DNA of 63,246 bases, filler included, from Vannella sp. (lineage: Eukaryota), in the NCBI GenBank assembly GCA_023345925.1. It is 6 parts of 6 records of this genome, joined end to end, with 100 filler letters (N's around TTAATTAATTAA, not from the genome) between each part and the next. Parts side by side here need not be neighbours in the genome. Positions count along the whole stretch, not along the records: positions 48,191 to 60,625 come from JAJQQN010000296.1; positions 60,726 to 63,246 come from JAJQQN010001287.1; 4 more parts are not named here. One strand, written 5' to 3'. Under the pieces are notes generated by a model. It was given only the letters and a program-made list of their open reading frames with translations, was not told where the DNA came from and did no database searches. How positions within the stretch are numbered: position 1 is the stretch's first letter; every line of letters starts with the position of its first letter. The position numbers and the translations under genes were made by a program. This document shows positions 60,438 to 63,246 of the stretch, in pieces.

Positions 60438-60625
60438 CAAACTATTACTAACAAGCATTATTGATCTCGATTCTCCAGATAGAGCGCGATTCCGAAAGGT
60501 ACTTCCACCAATAACAACTTTCTTTTTGCCCAACTTTCCCTCTTCCAAAAGATCTGACAGTCTTTTGGAATGAGCCTCAAGAAGCTCTTTCTTCTTTTGA
60601 GCTTCATTTTTCTTCTTGAAGCCTG

Positions 60626-60725
60626 NNNNNNNNNNNNNNNNNNNNNNNNNNNNNNNNNNNNNNNNNNNNTTAATTAATTAANNNNNNNNNNNNNNNNNNN
60701 NNNNNNNNNNNNNNNNNNNNNNNNN
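60626..60725. other. Artificial contig spacer
   Basis: N run with TTAATTAATTAA. Confidence 0.99.
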
Positions 60726-60898
60726 TGTGCCAGAGCTGCAGCAAATCGGTGGTCGAATGCGGCTTCAAGCCCCACAACAACCTGCCCATCTGTGGAGAGT
60801 GCTGGAACGAACAGTTCGGTCTCAAGTGCTTTGCTTGCAAGAACTCCATCACGTCTGATTACGTTCAGGCTTCTGGCAAACCCTTCCATCGTGAATGC
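60726..60898 (+). CDS. LIM-domain gene fragment (5'-truncated)
   Basis: Manual translation CQSC...PICGECWNEQFGLKCFACKNSITSDYVQASGKPFHREC. Confidence 0.8.
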
Positions 60899-61021
60899 GT
60901 TTGAATTGCCTTTCTTGGAAAGGTGACGGCTGAATAAACGACAGTGCCAAGTCATCACTACGTCATCACTGCGGAGTAGTTTCAGAAATGGCGGTGAAAT
61001 GGGCTTGTATTCACTTTCTTT

Positions 61022-61460
61022 ATGCCATAGGGCTTCCACACCCTCCTTCTCTCCCGAGAAGGCGGTCTTTACGCCTTTGGGTGGAATGAGGAGGGTCAAC
61101 TCGGTCTTGGGCAGTCAATTGGACTGGGGGTCACTACCACTCCCTCGTTCAGTATGAGGAAAGCTCTGTGTGGGAAGCTGGTCGTTCCCACACCAATTCT
61201 CAACCTTCTACCTTCCAGCGTATCTCAGATCTTCCTCCCATCGTTCATGCGGTCGCTGGTTTCGCTCACTCTGCCGTTCTGGACCAAAATGGCGCTCTTC
61301 TCTTATTTGCCAATCAAATGGAGGAGTGCTTGTTAGGGGCCTGAACCTGGACGGGCAACTTGGACTTGGTCACACCACTAATTCTGACCACCTCACTGCT
61401 TGCCCAGTCCATTGCGCTCTTCCTCGCCTCGTAAGCCATCAGAAAAGTGCTTGCTTCTGA
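61022..61460 (+). pseudogene. Decayed RCC1-repeat gene, paralog of 254..1357
   Basis: MP*GFHTLLLSREGGLYAFGWNEEGQLGLG (TAG at 61028-61030), a frame change, then GLNLDGQLGLGH...QKSACF; central repeats missing. Confidence 0.8.
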
Positions 61461-63189
61461 AGATGATGTTCTTAACAAAGACTAAAAGGTGACCGAAGCC
61501 ACCTTCTTACTAAGCCATGTTGGTGTATTTAGCCAAACCAGGAGCGAAGGATCATTGCCATTTTCTACGTTCTTGGGAGAGAACCGGACACACCTTAGTA
61601 TTGAGCCTCTGCATTGGGTGTGAGTCTGTCTAAAAGGACCATAGATTAAGTACAGTAAAGCTGAACAAAAGAATCATCTTAGAGACTCAGGTTTAGTGCC
61701 CCTCATCGGGGGAATGTTGAAACGCGCGTTTGCGAACTGTATGATAGGTCCTATTCTTACTTTGTTCTGTAATCAACGGACGATGGTGAACTAAAAGATA
61801 GCCTCGCTTGAAAGGAAAGTTTCCGATTCTTTTCTTGAACAGAGAGAAGAGTTTTGGTGTGGTTGAGTCTCCAACAGATCAGCTTCGTTTGCGAAACAGC
61901 TTAAAGATATGGTTTCTTCGTGACACTTGAGTGGACTGTGCGTGGCGACGAGCCGCGAGTTTTTTGTGCTTGAGTTCGAGAAGCTCGTAATGGGAGTTTG
62001 GGTGTCTTCGGAAGTATTCCTCAAAGAATCGCTCCACCACTTCCGTTGGCTCGCGCACCCCATTTCTCCGTGCTTCCAACGCCATCTTGTCCGCGATTTG
62101 TGTACTCCTCCGCTCGCCAGCCATACTTTGCGGAATGAAAATGAAATCAATACTGCGAGCTTCGAGAAAAAGTGTCTGGAATTCTAGAGGAATTGCGGAT
62201 TACAATTATGGGATGGACATTTCCCCTCCATTCAAATCGTTCAATCTCTTGTTGTTCCGAAAGGGTTGTTTGTACAGCAATTTTTGTCAGTATTTATTTA
62301 TTGTTTGGTTGGATGGGTCGGTCGCCAGCAGCTTTTCAGGGTGATGGACAAGACTTCCCTGACAGAAGAGTAGAATAGGGAAGCTTGCTTAGGTTCTCTA
62401 CGTTTCTTTGATCTGCAGTTGTCACTGGAGGACATGGCGAAGGCCTTCTGGTTTGTTGCAAACCGAAATGTCGCTTCTCGACTGCAATCAGGACCCTCCT
62501 GTGTGGGCTTATTGCGCTGCAAATGGCCATGGGGCCTGAGGTGTCACTTCTCCTGTCCCTGATCTGGACTTCCTCTCCCAGGCCCAGCGGAGAGGCTTCA
62601 GCAACAAGGGGATGTTCTTTGCTGAGAATTTGGCACGTTAAGGCGAGGACCTGTTCCCCATGACTAGTTGTGAATGTGGAACTATCCCATTTTCATCTTT
62701 AGATATCGTATCTTTGCTGTTGGAAGGTGCCTTGGTACTATTTCCTTACGACGCATCTGCCAACCACACTCCTGGACTCTTTTCTGGTGTTAAGGCACAT
62801 TGGCTTTACCCAAAGGATTCGCTGTAGCTGTCTTAGAAGATGCTCTTGCGTCCGTGTCCAATGTGTAGACATACGAGACGGAGGAGTGGAATACCAAACA
62901 GTGTCCTCTTCCCCTACCTCTGACCAGGCCTGTCTGGTCTCCAAGAAGAATGGAACTCCCCCTAAAGACCGATTCAGAGCAACGCAGATGATAACAAGCG
63001 GCCTGGCCTCAGAAAAGTGGATCATTGGGATTTGGTGGTACTTGGTCCCAATCTTCTCTGCAATGAAGCTTTCGTCAAGGAGAAAACAAGGCAGGAATCG
63101 GAATCCGGTTTGTACCAAAAGCTGACCCTAAACTAAAGAAGGTCATCCATGGATCTGTGAGAGAAAGTGAGCTTTTTATTGATGCAAAT

Positions 63190-63246
63190 CGAGTTACAGC
63201 ATGAGCTCTGTGAAGTAAACATTGCCAAGAGAGTCTCCAATGTTCA
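63190..63246 (-). CDS. Possible 3' end of a gene entering from outside the window (..IGDSLGNVYFTELML*), WD40-terminus-like
   Basis: Short open frame to TAA followed by AATAAA on the minus strand; only ~17 codons visible. Confidence 0.35.

Noticed and set aside
24439..60725. Five identical TTAATTAATTAA motifs in N runs, as a repeat family or CRISPR-like array
   Set aside because: Artificial all-frame stop linkers used to concatenate contigs.
61028..61030. In-frame TAG as evidence of stop-codon reassignment
   Set aside because: The same gene is also frameshifted and internally deleted; TAA, TAG and TGA all terminate other genes here, and the long conserved ORFs contain no internal stops.
61544..61558. 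GAAGGATCATT resembling the 18S rRNA 3' end
   Set aside because: Only ~11 nt match; the expected upstream GTAACAAGG...GAACCTGC context is absent.
61791..63125. Short ORFs near the window end
   Set aside because: No recognisable motifs and no consistent splice model; possibly decayed coding DNA.

Overview
Gene-dense eukaryotic (protist) genomic DNA, not prokaryotic. The window is six contigs joined by five artificial 100-bp N-spacers carrying TTAATTAATTAA, so gene order across spacers is not evidence of linkage. Genes use the standard code and carry short (about 45-60 bp) GT-AG introns, so many ORF-track entries are partial exons or antisense shadows. Recognisable genes: GCN1, TALE homeobox, Ras, Rac, MetRS, Rab-GDI, NDK, nicastrin, glutaryl-CoA dehydrogenase, GATA finger, Dopey, SNF8, NDUFB4, AlaRS, RECQL4, two LURP1-like paralogs, and LIM and RCC1 proteins. 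An amoebozoan-like lineage is plausible but is inference only. Best leads: (1) a head-to-head pair of orphan CaaX proteins, one essentially a (Gly-Ser)n tether with a Ras-type KKKKGCCLVM tail that the ORF track misses; (2) a ~1550-aa fusion of a degenerate dynamin-like GTPase, a catalytically dead OTU, a BC-box-like motif and LRRs; (3) a RING/coiled-coil/pseudokinase whose RING appears only after splicing; (4) further pseudo-enzymes (LicD-like, 2OG oxygenase, frameshifted G12V/Q61H-like Rho); (5) a tandem bacterial-type GNAT, plant-type telomeric repeats and a 137-bp inverted-repeat element. All calls are by motif recognition; no searches were run.
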